From NCBI GenBank assembly GCA_964411615.1, contig CAYPLO010000047.1:1-13490 (forward strand): a stretch of DNA of 13,490 nt. The letters are read 5' to 3'. Numbering within the stretch: position 1 is the stretch's first letter; each line of letters begins with the position of its first letter. Shown in pieces: positions 1 through 7,917 of this stretch. The notes under the pieces are model-generated. The model saw only the letters and a list, made by a program, of their open reading frames with translations, was not told the DNA's origin and did not search any database. The stretch is from an uncultured Aquificales bacterium. GTDB lineage: Bacteria; Thermosulfidibacterota; Thermosulfidibacteria; Thermosulfidibacterales; Thermosulfidibacteraceae. Made by a program: the position numbers and the translations under genes.

Positions 1-76
1 AGGAGAGTACGTATCTGGCAGAATAGGCAGGTGCTGTAATTATAAGCAACAGCAGGATGGAGATGTACCTTTTCAA
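1..76 (-). CDS. N-terminal fragment of a secreted protein with a Sec signal peptide; runs off the window edge
   Basis: Hand translation from TTG at 76-74 gives MKRYISILLLLIITAPAYSARYVLS..., with a basic n-region, a Leu/Ile h-region and an A-Y-S|A cleavage site. A strong SD (GGAGGAGGG, 91-83) lies upstream. Not in the ORF track. Confidence 0.8.
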   Translation of the reverse strand, partial: MKRYISILLLLIITAPAYSARYVLS

Positions 77-82
77 GTTTTT

Positions 83-91
83 CCCTCCTCC
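83..91 (-). promoter_or_regulatory. Shine-Dalgarno site for the edge gene
   Basis: Minus-strand GGAGGAGGG; the GGAGG at 88-84 is 7 nt upstream of the TTG at 76. Confidence 0.7.
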
Positions 92-116
92 GTTTTGCTA
101 AAGAGTATCATATGGT

Positions 117-590
117 CTAAGTGCTATTCAACACCGGGAATATCAGCTCCTCTGGATGCAGGCTGAGCTTCAGGCCCCCGGCTTCAAACTCCACGTCGGG
201 CATGTCTGTTGAGGTTCCGTATATCCAGTAGGTGGAATTTGAGAGGGGTTCTCTGTTGTTTCCCCACACGGCGTAACACCTGGTGCCTTTTGGAAGCTTG
301 ATTCTTCTCAGCTTTTCGGGAAGGTTTATTACTATGCCCCTGCAGTTTCCTTCTATGTGCAGCCTTATCTCCCTGCCAGTGACAACGCTTTCAATGAAGG
401 CTCTTCTGATGGACAGTTTCAGGAGGGTCAGGCTTCTCCTGACCTCGTTTCTCTTTATGCTTGCCACCCAGAGGGTTGACAGGGAGGCTATGGCTCCCAG
501 TATCACCAGGACTACCAGCAGCTCTATAAGAGTGAAGCCCCTTTTATTTTGACCTGATTCTGCCCATGAGGGCACGGAGCCTGTCCTCAA
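117..590 (-). CDS. gspH: Type II secretion minor pseudopilin, GspH/FimT-like
   Basis: Class III prepilin motif KRG|FTLIELLVVLVILG with Glu+5, and 'RAFIESVVTGREIRLHI' resembling the GspH A..tg..v.l segment. The start is uncertain (TTG 590 or GTG 575); both overlap the 3' end of gspD. The H assignment is less certain than the pseudopilin call. Confidence 0.75.
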   Translation of the reverse strand: MRTGSVPSWAESGQNKRGFTLIELLVVLVILGAIASLSTLWVASIKRNEVRRSLTLLKLSIRRAFIESVVTGREIRLHIEGNCRGIVINLPEKLRRIKLPKGTRCYAVWGNNREPLSNSTYWIYGTSTDMPDVEFEAGGLKLSLHPEELIFPVLNST

Positions 591-2517
591 AGAGGTTGGA
601 TATGATGTCTGCTTCCCTTATGTTCCTTATGACGTGGGGGGTTATCATTATTATCAGCTCGGTTCTGTCTTCTTCCTTTGATGTGTAGGAGAATAGTTTT
701 CCAAGGTAGGGGATGTCTCCCAGGAGGGGCACCTTCTTGTTCACTATGTTGGTCCTCCTGTTTATGATACCTCCCAGTATAACGCTGTGCTCGTCCTGGA
801 CCATGAGCGTGGTGTGCACTTTTCTCTTCAGGATGATGGGCGAATCTATGCCGGATACGGTGTTCTTCTCTGCGGAGCTCGTCTCCTGAGAGACCTCAAG
901 GGTTATGAACCCCTCCTGACTGATGTGGGGTTTTACCTTCAGTATCACTCCTACGTCTCTGTACTCTATCCTCCTGTCTATAGCAGAGGAGCCCTGTATC
1001 TGCGTTGTCCCCACCGTTTCCATTGTCAGTATGGGCACTTCCTGTCCCACATCTATGCTGGCCTCTTCGTTGTCCCTCACCAGTATGTGGGGGGAAGAGA
1101 GTATGGTTATCTTTGATTTTGTGGAGAGAAAGTACAGGAAGTTCCAGAAGTGGTCAGGGTCTATACCGTAGTAGGTGAATCCCATGAGCTGGTTCCTGGC
1201 CCCTGCAAGGCCAAAGGTGCTTGCCGCCTCTGCGGTGTAGGATTTGCCGTGGACCTTAAGCCACCATTCCACTCCGTTCTCCAGCTGCTTGTTGAGCGTT
1301 ATCTCCGCTATGAGCACCTCTATGAGAACCTGTCTGGGCATCACGTCCAGCTCTGAGATTATCGCCTTTATCTTCCTGTAGTCTTCGGGGGAGGCCTCTA
1401 TTATTAGGGCGTTGTTGGTCTTGTCCGCAACTATCTTGACTTCTGAGGAGACTATGACTGTGGTCTTTTTCTTTCCCTTAGGGGGTGTTCCTGCGGTAGG
1501 CCTGCCGGATAGCAGGTTTTTCAAGGTGTCGTAGAGCTTGTCGACCTTTACGTACTGGACCCTGTAGATGTATATGTTCTTCTCCTTCTTTTCCTCCTGG
1601 CTGTCCAGGACCTTCACCAGGGCTTCTATCCTGTCCATTAGTGAGTTAGAGGATGTTACTGCTATGAGGTATCCCAGGCGGTCAACGGGTATCAGGCTGT
1701 ACAGCTCCCTGGCCATTCCTGAGGCTATCATCACCCTGTCTATCTCCCTTGAGACCTCTGTGGGTTCGGAGTAGAGCAATCTAAAGATTCTGATGGACTC
1801 ACCCTGGAACACGTCTGTGTCCACAAGCCTTACGAGCCTTGCAATGCTATTGAGGTCGTCCCTTGGACCTGAAAAGAGCAGGACTCTTCCCCTTATCACC
1901 CGGATGCTGTCCATGGGGGACGCCAGGGAAGAGGCAACCCTGTACAGGTCGGTGGCCGAAACGTACCTCGGTTTGTAGAACCACCAGAAGGCCCCCCGTG
2001 TGTTCAGCACCTTTGGCCTTAGTCTGGAGCTCTTTACCAGGTAGGTGTTGCCCTTCTGGGCTATGTAGACGCCGTGCTGTGTGAGCAGGAGCTGCAGCAG
2101 GGATACGAGCTCTTCCTCTGTGAAGTTGCCGTCTATGGAGAGGCTTAAGGGGAAGCTGAGGTCTGCGTCTATAATGAGATTCTTCTTCAGGACGTTTTTG
2201 AAGATGTTTACCACAAGGTCGTAGGCGCTGACCTTGTCGTATGAGACGGACAGGGGATAGCTCTTTTTTGATAGCCTGAGCCCTGGTGCTTCAACCTTGG
2301 AGATTGTCTTTGCGGGCTTGCTGTAGACCACCCTCTTTTCCCGGGGTTTTCTCTCTCCTATCTTCTTTATGACCTCCTTCTCCGTGGCTCTCCTTGCTGC
2401 TTTTACCGTCTGCTTGGGAATCACGTGCAGGGTCACACCGCCAGGGGTCTTCGCCGTGGAGCACGCAAGCACCAGAATAAGTATGGCCGTTACTGCCGCT
2501 TTTGAGACCTTATCCAT
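544..2517 (-). CDS. gspD: Type II secretion secretin, probable lipoprotein
   Basis: 657 aa. Secretin signature VPLLGDIPYLGKLFS...RTELIIMITPHVI and 'LDVMPRQVLIEVLIAEI'. Three N-domain repeats (YKPRYVSATDL, IFRLLYSEPTEV, IYRVQYVKVDKL). Signal peptide ends in LVLA|C19. Confidence 0.95.
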   Translation of the reverse strand: MDKVSKAAVTAILILVLACSTAKTPGGVTLHVIPKQTVKAARRATEKEVIKKIGERKPREKRVVYSKPAKTISKVEAPGLRLSKKSYPLSVSYDKVSAYDLVVNIFKNVLKKNLIIDADLSFPLSLSIDGNFTEEELVSLLQLLLTQHGVYIAQKGNTYLVKSSRLRPKVLNTRGAFWWFYKPRYVSATDLYRVASSLASPMDSIRVIRGRVLLFSGPRDDLNSIARLVRLVDTDVFQGESIRIFRLLYSEPTEVSREIDRVMIASGMARELYSLIPVDRLGYLIAVTSSNSLMDRIEALVKVLDSQEEKKEKNIYIYRVQYVKVDKLYDTLKNLLSGRPTAGTPPKGKKKTTVIVSSEVKIVADKTNNALIIEASPEDYRKIKAIISELDVMPRQVLIEVLIAEITLNKQLENGVEWWLKVHGKSYTAEAASTFGLAGARNQLMGFTYYGIDPDHFWNFLYFLSTKSKITILSSPHILVRDNEEASIDVGQEVPILTMETVGTTQIQGSSAIDRRIEYRDVGVILKVKPHISQEGFITLEVSQETSSAEKNTVSGIDSPIILKRKVHTTLMVQDEHSVILGGIINRRTNIVNKKVPLLGDIPYLGKLFSYTSKEEDRTELIIMITPHVIRNIREADIISNLFEDRLRALMGRIRSK

Positions 2518-3077
2518 AGAACCCCCATGTTTGCATATATGCTCATGTAGGGCACCCTCTTGCCCTGTACGTAGTTGTTCCTCACCACCAGATTTATGTA
2601 TTTGATGTACATCCCCGTTTTTCTCATGCCGCTTTCGACGGCGTCAAGGAAGTCCAGCATCCTCCTGGGATTCCCCGTGGCCTCCAGCCTTATGGTCGTC
2701 TCCATAAGGTCGTCCTCTAGGTTGCGTGTGCCCATGAGCCTGATTCCCCTGAGGTCCACGCCATTGTCAGCAGCGAGCTTGCTAAATATAGATTGCACAC
2801 TTGCAAAAAGCAAAGCCTCCGAGTCTACCGATATAAGCTCATTCAGGGTTTGCCTGTAGCTGCTCTGCAGCCTCTTCAGCTCCTTCTCAAGCCCTCCGTA
2901 CCTTTTCGTCTGTTCTGTGAGGCTGGTCAACCTGTCTTTGAGTTCTGTCCGTTCCCTTTTAAGGCTGCTTATCTGAATAATAGCATTGGCATAGAGTAGG
3001 ACGAGCATTATCGCTACTGCGATGTGGGGGACAAGCCCCCTGCTACGTCTGTAAAGGGAAAGCAATCTCTCTTTCAC
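2490..3077 (-). CDS. gspM: GspM/PilO-like inner-membrane platform protein
   Basis: 195 aa with a short cytoplasmic N-terminus, one TM (HIAVAIMLVLLYANAII), a coiled coil and a ferredoxin-like domain (VQSIFSKLAADNGVDL...IRLEATGNPRRMLDFLDAVE). Lies between gspL and gspD with a GTGA overlap at 3077-3074. Confidence 0.8.
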   Translation of the reverse strand: MKERLLSLYRRSRGLVPHIAVAIMLVLLYANAIIQISSLKRERTELKDRLTSLTEQTKRYGGLEKELKRLQSSYRQTLNELISVDSEALLFASVQSIFSKLAADNGVDLRGIRLMGTRNLEDDLMETTIRLEATGNPRRMLDFLDAVESGMRKTGMYIKYINLVVRNNYVQGKRVPYMSIYANMGVLWIRSQKRQ

Positions 3078-4156
3078 TTCTTCTTTCCTAACCTCAAGGT
3101 TATGGAGAAGCGGTATCTGCCCTTGTAGGGTCCCCTTTTAATCAGGTAGGGAGAGCCGCTTATCTTCATGTCAGAGATGAATCTGGCATTTCCCAGTCTC
3201 TTTATAAGGGCAGACACGTCTTCTGTGTACCCCGTGATTGAGGCGCTGTCCCCCCTCAGGGACAGGCTTTCTATAACAGTGCCCCTGGGCATGACCCGGG
3301 AGAGGTTGTAAAGGAGCTCTATGGGCCTGGCGCCTGCCGTGCTCGCCTTGAGCTTCTCAAGCCTCTCCCTTAGCTCTGTCAGCTTCTCCTTTACCGATGA
3401 TAGGTGCTGTACCTTCTTTCTGCTCCTCTCCACCTCTCTTTTCAGGTTGTTCACGTCCGATTTGATGGAGGAGATTCTGCTATAAAGAGGCAGAAGGGGT
3501 AGAGCCAGCAGCATGTACAGCAGGGGGATAAAGGCCCTCTTGCCCATAAGCCTTCCCTTCCCCGGTGGTTTTACTTCCAGTTTGAGAAGGGGCCTTGGCC
3601 TGCAGTCTTTCGTACTAAGGTCCTGGGGAGATATCCTTATGAGGTCTCCATCTCCGGCTACGGCCTTAAGCATCTTTTCGTTGTTCTTGGGTATGAGAAA
3701 GATATCCGTTATCTTTCCCTCGATTACTCTGGCGGCTTCCAGCCACTCCTCCCATTCGGTGACTACCGTTCCATTCTTAACTTCGCTGCAGTACGCATAG
3801 GCTACGGTGACCAGAGAGATGCCGGATATGCTGAGTCCCATGCTGAGGGATATTCTTTTAATGTTCTCCAGCACGTCCCTCTCTATTGCCAGCAGCAGAC
3901 ACTCCACCGCATCTTCTCTTTTATCTACGGGGATTATCAGGGCTTCGGGCTGTTCCATACCAAAGAGCTTGGATGCCTGGTATGAGGCTATATCGCCGTC
4001 TGCTTCCAGGGCTACACTCGGTAAAGTCACCCTTGAGGCACTGACCATGTACCTGGGTATCAGTACCACGTAATCGGCGCTGCCCTTCTCTTCTGGTTGG
4101 GTTACGAAGGAGAATCCCTCTTCTGTATAGAGTACAAGGCCCGTTTTGCGTTTCAG
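3074..4156 (-). CDS. gspL: GspL/PilN-like platform protein; start extended to CTG at 4156 (ORF track starts at GTG 4069)
   Basis: Cytoplasmic domain, one TM (AFIPLLYMLLALPLLPLY), coiled coil and PilN-type domain (IELLYNLSRVMPRGTVIESLSLRGDSASITGYTEDVSALIKRL...YRFSITLRL). The frame stays open 29 codons upstream of GTG 4069 to a CTG overlapping the gspI TGA, preceded by GAGAGGGGGG. The gene call is solid; the start is inferred. Confidence 0.8.
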   Translation of the reverse strand: MKRKTGLVLYTEEGFSFVTQPEEKGSADYVVLIPRYMVSASRVTLPSVALEADGDIASYQASKLFGMEQPEALIIPVDKREDAVECLLLAIERDVLENIKRISLSMGLSISGISLVTVAYAYCSEVKNGTVVTEWEEWLEAARVIEGKITDIFLIPKNNEKMLKAVAGDGDLIRISPQDLSTKDCRPRPLLKLEVKPPGKGRLMGKRAFIPLLYMLLALPLLPLYSRISSIKSDVNNLKREVERSRKKVQHLSSVKEKLTELRERLEKLKASTAGARPIELLYNLSRVMPRGTVIESLSLRGDSASITGYTEDVSALIKRLGNARFISDMKISGSPYLIKRGPYKGRYRFSITLRLGKKK

Positions 4157-4497
4157 CGTTCCCCCCTCTCAAGTGTCTCTTTTATTGTCACTTCGGGGCA
4201 CCCGTCGCAGCCTGAAGGCCTGAAGGATTCAATCTTCACCGTGTATGTTGCGTTTGTGTCTGTAGATGAGATGGTGACCTCCTTCTCTTTTGTTTCCCTG
4301 TCCCCTTCGTTCATCAGGAACCTTTTGAAGCTTTCGTCTAGTAGGGTGATGAGCTCCTTTGTGTTTCTGGCGTTTGCGATTCTCGTGGTGGCTGTGGATA
4401 GGGCAGTGGCGGCAACCCCCACCGCCATGAATATTATGACTGCTGCTATTACCGTCTCTATGAGAGTCAGCCCCTCTTTCAAACCTTTTGCCTTCAC
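4153..4497 (-). CDS. gspI: Minor pseudopilin, GspI-like
   Basis: 114 aa with prepilin motif KEG|LTLIETVIAAVIIFMAV (Glu+5), a small globular domain and a GTGA overlap with the upstream pseudopilin. The I assignment rests on size and context. Confidence 0.7.
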   Translation of the reverse strand: MKAKGLKEGLTLIETVIAAVIIFMAVGVAATALSTATTRIANARNTKELITLLDESFKRFLMNEGDRETKEKEVTISSTDTNATYTVKIESFRPSGCDGCPEVTIKETLERGER

Positions 4498-5087
4498 CAG
4501 ATGGGTATAAGTGCTATTAACCTTTCACCGGTCTGAAGTGCAACAGCTTTTGGGAGGTTACCTGAGCATCTGTCGTTCCATCTTCCACCGTAGAAGTATG
4601 AAAAAGCCAGATTTTCTGTGCAGTTATCGCACTTCCATATGAGGTGCCAGGTGGTGTTGCATAGCCTTTTACTTCTGAAGTCGCTGTAGTCGGAGGAGTC
4701 TACAATGGGACAGTCTCTTTCGAGCACGGAGGTTCCGTTAAGGAGGTATTCCACCCCGAAGATACCGGGGAAGAAAGGTCCTGTAACCGGCACTCTGGAG
4801 ACGAATCGAAGTGCATCTTCTTCCCCTGCGAAGTGGGCTTTGTTGTTGAATACCCTTGGAGGTACGTTCTGTAGCTGTTTGAAGAGCAGGTACCTGAACA
4901 GCATAAATCTTTCGAGACGCTCCGATAAGGCCTTCTGCCTCTGCTGTGCGAAGAGGAAGGATCTTATGGCCATGGCTCCCAGGGCTATCACCATGGCCGC
5001 TATGGTCACGGCTATGAGGAGCTCTATCAGTGTGAATCCCCTCTCAGAACAGATCGCTGTCCCCCTTGGTGTAGAAGAACTCCTCAT
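4494..5087 (-). CDS. gspJ: Minor pseudopilin, GspJ-like
   Basis: ERG|FTLIELLIAVTIAAMVIAL, 'FAGEEDALRFVS', 'LAFSYFYGGRWNDR' and 'LPKAVAL' are typical GspJ/PulJ motifs. Start is ATG 5087 or GTG 5117; both overlap the GNAT 3' end. Confidence 0.85.
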   Translation of the reverse strand: MRSSSTPRGTAICSERGFTLIELLIAVTIAAMVIALGAMAIRSFLFAQQRQKALSERLERFMLFRYLLFKQLQNVPPRVFNNKAHFAGEEDALRFVSRVPVTGPFFPGIFGVEYLLNGTSVLERDCPIVDSSDYSDFRSKRLCNTTWHLIWKCDNCTENLAFSYFYGGRWNDRCSGNLPKAVALQTGERLIALIPIW

Positions 5088-6000
5088 TGGCCCAGTCCCA
5101 GGGCACTTCTGTTTCACAGAAGCTTATTCCCGTGGGGATTGCTTTGATTTCTGGAGGTTTTATCTCTTCCCCTCTAAACCTCCCTTCCCACTTGTGTCCT
5201 TCAGGTATCCACAATGATACATCTTTCCAGAAATACCAGGCTACTGCTCTTGCTGCTCTGACGAGGTCTAACCTGCCCATGTAGTCAACTAAGTGGACGC
5301 ACTCACCTGCATACCTGACTATGGCTAAACCCGAGCCCACAAAGGGGAGCTTAACTTCCAAAAAGGCATAGGGATGTTCCGGATGGAGCAAGTACCTCCA
5401 TTTAACGTACTCTTTGCTCTTGAGAATGTGCAGTTCACTTGGGTGCCAAGACTCAGGTATTCTCTCCAGTATCTCCTCGTCCGACGTTAGGTTTTTTACC
5501 TTAGCAGCAGGTATGGTTCTGGGTCTGACTATGATCTCCGCTATGGGTCTTGTTTTTCTGTAGCCCAGCAGTTTTCTGCCGAGCAGGTAGTGTCTCTCTC
5601 CAGGAAATCCGTATATGTACATGTCGGCGTCGCATCCCGTGAACCTGTCGAAGAAGGCCTGAACGGTAAGGGCAAAAATTCCTCTCTTCTTAACTGCCAC
5701 ACCTCTGCAAGATGGGTGGCTCATGCAGTCCACCACCTGTGCAGCCTTTATCGTCTTCCCACGACACCACATCCTAACGGGAATCGATGCGCACTGGGCC
5801 ACAAGTTGGCCGTTTAGGAAGGCGAGCATAATCTGGGTGCCGTAGGGGTTCTTCAGAAACTCCCACTCCCACACCTTTAGGGACTTCTTTTTGCCAAAGA
5901 CCAGGCTGAAGAGATGTAGTATGGCCTCTTCGTCCCCTGGCATGTATTCTCTTATTACGAGCTCTCCTGCGATTGTCTTGTACCTGAGCATCCTGTCCAC
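5044..6000 (-). CDS. GNAT-family acyltransferase, two-domain length, of the type seen in surface-polysaccharide loci
   Basis: 318 aa, no signal peptide. Motifs IREYMPGDEEAILHLF..VF, WEWEFLKNPYG, DCMSHPSCRG, YIYGFPG, EYVKWRYLLHP and C-terminal GDSDLF. Confidence 0.8.
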   Translation of the reverse strand: MDRMLRYKTIAGELVIREYMPGDEEAILHLFSLVFGKKKSLKVWEWEFLKNPYGTQIMLAFLNGQLVAQCASIPVRMWCRGKTIKAAQVVDCMSHPSCRGVAVKKRGIFALTVQAFFDRFTGCDADMYIYGFPGERHYLLGRKLLGYRKTRPIAEIIVRPRTIPAAKVKNLTSDEEILERIPESWHPSELHILKSKEYVKWRYLLHPEHPYAFLEVKLPFVGSGLAIVRYAGECVHLVDYMGRLDLVRAARAVAWYFWKDVSLWIPEGHKWEGRFRGEEIKPPEIKAIPTGISFCETEVPWDWANEEFFYTKGDSDLF

Positions 6001-7917
6001 TCAGAATCTGTACTCAAGGGTAACGAAGGCCTTGAACCCTTCTCTCTTCTCCCTTCCAAAGGTTGTGCGGCTGTACCCCCTGTCGTTCAGGAGGTTTTCC
6101 ATCTTCAGGGAGATAAGGAGGTTGCGGGAAATTTGCCTCTGCAGGAAGAGGTTAACCAGGAACTGGCTGTTGTTGGTGATGGAACCTGAAGCCACCGTAT
6201 CGGTGGTGAAATCGCGGGTGTAGTACAGGGATACGGCCGCCGTTGTGCTTCTGAAGTGCACCGAAGCTCCTGCGTACAGCACTTCTCTAGCTCCTCCATC
6301 TACACTTTTGGAGGCTTTGGAGTACCTGTAAAACGTGCCTTCGGGGGTGATTATGGCGTACCTGAGGACCTTGAACCTCTCCCTTGCGTGCTCAATGCCC
6401 AGGAGGGTGTGCCTTAACCAGAGGCTCAAGATCTTTGTGGGCTTCCAGTCCAGAGAAAGCTCAAGTCCCCTGGTGGAGTAGTTGGAAGGACTTGAGTAGC
6501 CGGCCCAGGGGTCCTCTTCCACATGGTCCCTTATGCGGTTGTAGAAGGCCGTTGCCGAGAGGTTAAGGCCTTTAAAGGGGGCTGCACCCATCTGAACCTG
6601 GATTGTGCTTATCTTCTCAGGGTCCAGGTTTTTGCCCTTGAGAAATAGGGCTGCGTAGGGGGTTCTGTAGGCTGTTCCCGCCATGGCCTTTATAAAGAGG
6701 CCCTTGCTGGGGTACAGGGCAAGTCCAGCGGTGTATGAGAAGCTGCTTTTGTAGTCGCTGTGGTCGTCCCAGCGCCCTCCCAGCCAGAGTTCCCAGCACC
6801 TGTACCGGTGTATGTACTGTGCATAAGCGGAAAAGAGGGTTGTGTCGAAGCTTCTTCTGATAGTTATCGGGCCGACGGGGGAATGGGCGGCTATGTACTC
6901 GGGTATGTAGCCCCTCACACTCACAGCGGCGTTTTTGGCCAGATTTCTTCTGAAGGAGAGTCCGATGGTGAGAAGACCGTGCCTTTTGAAGAGCTCTCTG
7001 CTCAGCCTGGCGTCTCCGTAGAGGCTTCTGCTCTTATACCCCCAGGAGAAGTTCCCCTCCTTTCTGGTGATCTCCCATGATGTGTAGGCGCCCCTCACGT
7101 TAAGGGAGTAGCTGCCGAGGCGTTTCCTGTATCCCACCTTCACCATGCTGAAGGGTAGGTCGTTCCTTGAAGTCCAGTGGGTACCTCTGTAATGGGTTGT
7201 GTAGGGAGCTCTGTACTTGGACAGCCTCACCAAGAGACTCAGCGAGTCCCTGTAGTGCACGTTCAACAGGCCTTCCCAGAACTCCTGTGAGTGCTTACCC
7301 AGATAGCCCTTGCTGCCCTTGACCCTGGCAAAGGCCATGGCGTCCATAAATCCCCAGTCCTTACCCCATAGAACCTCAACCTCCCTGCCCCCATCTGGGG
7401 TGGAGATGCGGGTCTTGACCATCCCCTTCTCCACATCGGAGCCCCTCATTGGAACTATGTTGACCAGCCCTGCGAAGGCATCTGGTCCCCAGAGAACGGA
7501 GGATGGTCCCCTTACCACCTCCAGCCTCTTTATGTAGTCGGTGCTCATCTCGTCTCCCAAGGGATATACCGCCTTGGTTGAGTCTGTGTTCAGAGGTATG
7601 CCGTCGAATAGGAAAAGGGCTCCCGAGGGAACCCCCCTTGCGTACAGGTCCGTTCTCTGCTCCCTACGCATCTCCATGAAACCCGGTACTGCCCAGAGAG
7701 CTTCCGAGAGGGTTCTGAAGCCAAACCCCTCTATCTCTCTCCTCTCAAGGGTGGAGACCACGGCGGGGGCCTGTTTGGGCAGCTCGGGTCTGCCGGAGGC
7801 CACCGTCACCACCCTGGTGTCTTCCCCCATGAAGAGCAACCCTTCGTTTGCTGGGGATGCCCAGGAGACTCCGGCTACGGATATTATGGCCAGTACAGCT
7901 GAGATGACCCTTTTCAA
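6001..7917 (-). CDS. TonB-dependent outer-membrane receptor
   Basis: 638 aa. Signal peptide (VSWA|S), TonB-box-like VVTVAS, plug motifs (APAVVSTL, LWAVPG, IKRLEVVRGPSSVLWGPDAFAGLVNIV), 'LDPEK', 'ENLLND' and C-terminal beta signal VTLEYRF. TTG start in a TTGA overlap. Confidence 0.93.
   Translation of the reverse strand: MKRVISAVLAIISVAGVSWASPANEGLLFMGEDTRVVTVASGRPELPKQAPAVVSTLERREIEGFGFRTLSEALWAVPGFMEMRREQRTDLYARGVPSGALFLFDGIPLNTDSTKAVYPLGDEMSTDYIKRLEVVRGPSSVLWGPDAFAGLVNIVPMRGSDVEKGMVKTRISTPDGGREVEVLWGKDWGFMDAMAFARVKGSKGYLGKHSQEFWEGLLNVHYRDSLSLLVRLSKYRAPYTTHYRGTHWTSRNDLPFSMVKVGYRKRLGSYSLNVRGAYTSWEITRKEGNFSWGYKSRSLYGDARLSRELFKRHGLLTIGLSFRRNLAKNAAVSVRGYIPEYIAAHSPVGPITIRRSFDTTLFSAYAQYIHRYRCWELWLGGRWDDHSDYKSSFSYTAGLALYPSKGLFIKAMAGTAYRTPYAALFLKGKNLDPEKISTIQVQMGAAPFKGLNLSATAFYNRIRDHVEEDPWAGYSSPSNYSTRGLELSLDWKPTKILSLWLRHTLLGIEHARERFKVLRYAIITPEGTFYRYSKASKSVDGGAREVLYAGASVHFRSTTAAVSLYYTRDFTTDTVASGSITNNSQFLVNLFLQRQISRNLLISLKMENLLNDRGYSRTTFGREKREGFKAFVTLEYRF

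Noticed and set aside
3921..4172. 83-aa minus-strand ORF bridging gspI and gspL, a possible frameshifted gspL N-terminus
   Set aside because: The translation does not resemble any family I recognise, and the gspL frame itself is open to the gspI stop, so no frameshift is needed.
4198..4631. Heme c binding sites in the pseudopilins
   Set aside because: Both CxxC motifs lack the following His (CDGCP, CDNCT).
117..5117. Type IV pilus or competence interpretation of the pilin-like, PilN/PilO-like and secretin genes
   Set aside because: The secretin has GspD-like repeated N domains without AMIN domains, the L-like protein fuses cytoplasmic and periplasmic parts, and the GspJ motifs are clear, so T2SS fits better.
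6105..6799. Short same-strand alternative-frame ORFs inside the TonB receptor (6105-6299, 6617-6799)
   Set aside because: The receptor frame is intact to its C-terminal Phe and these peptides have no coding features.
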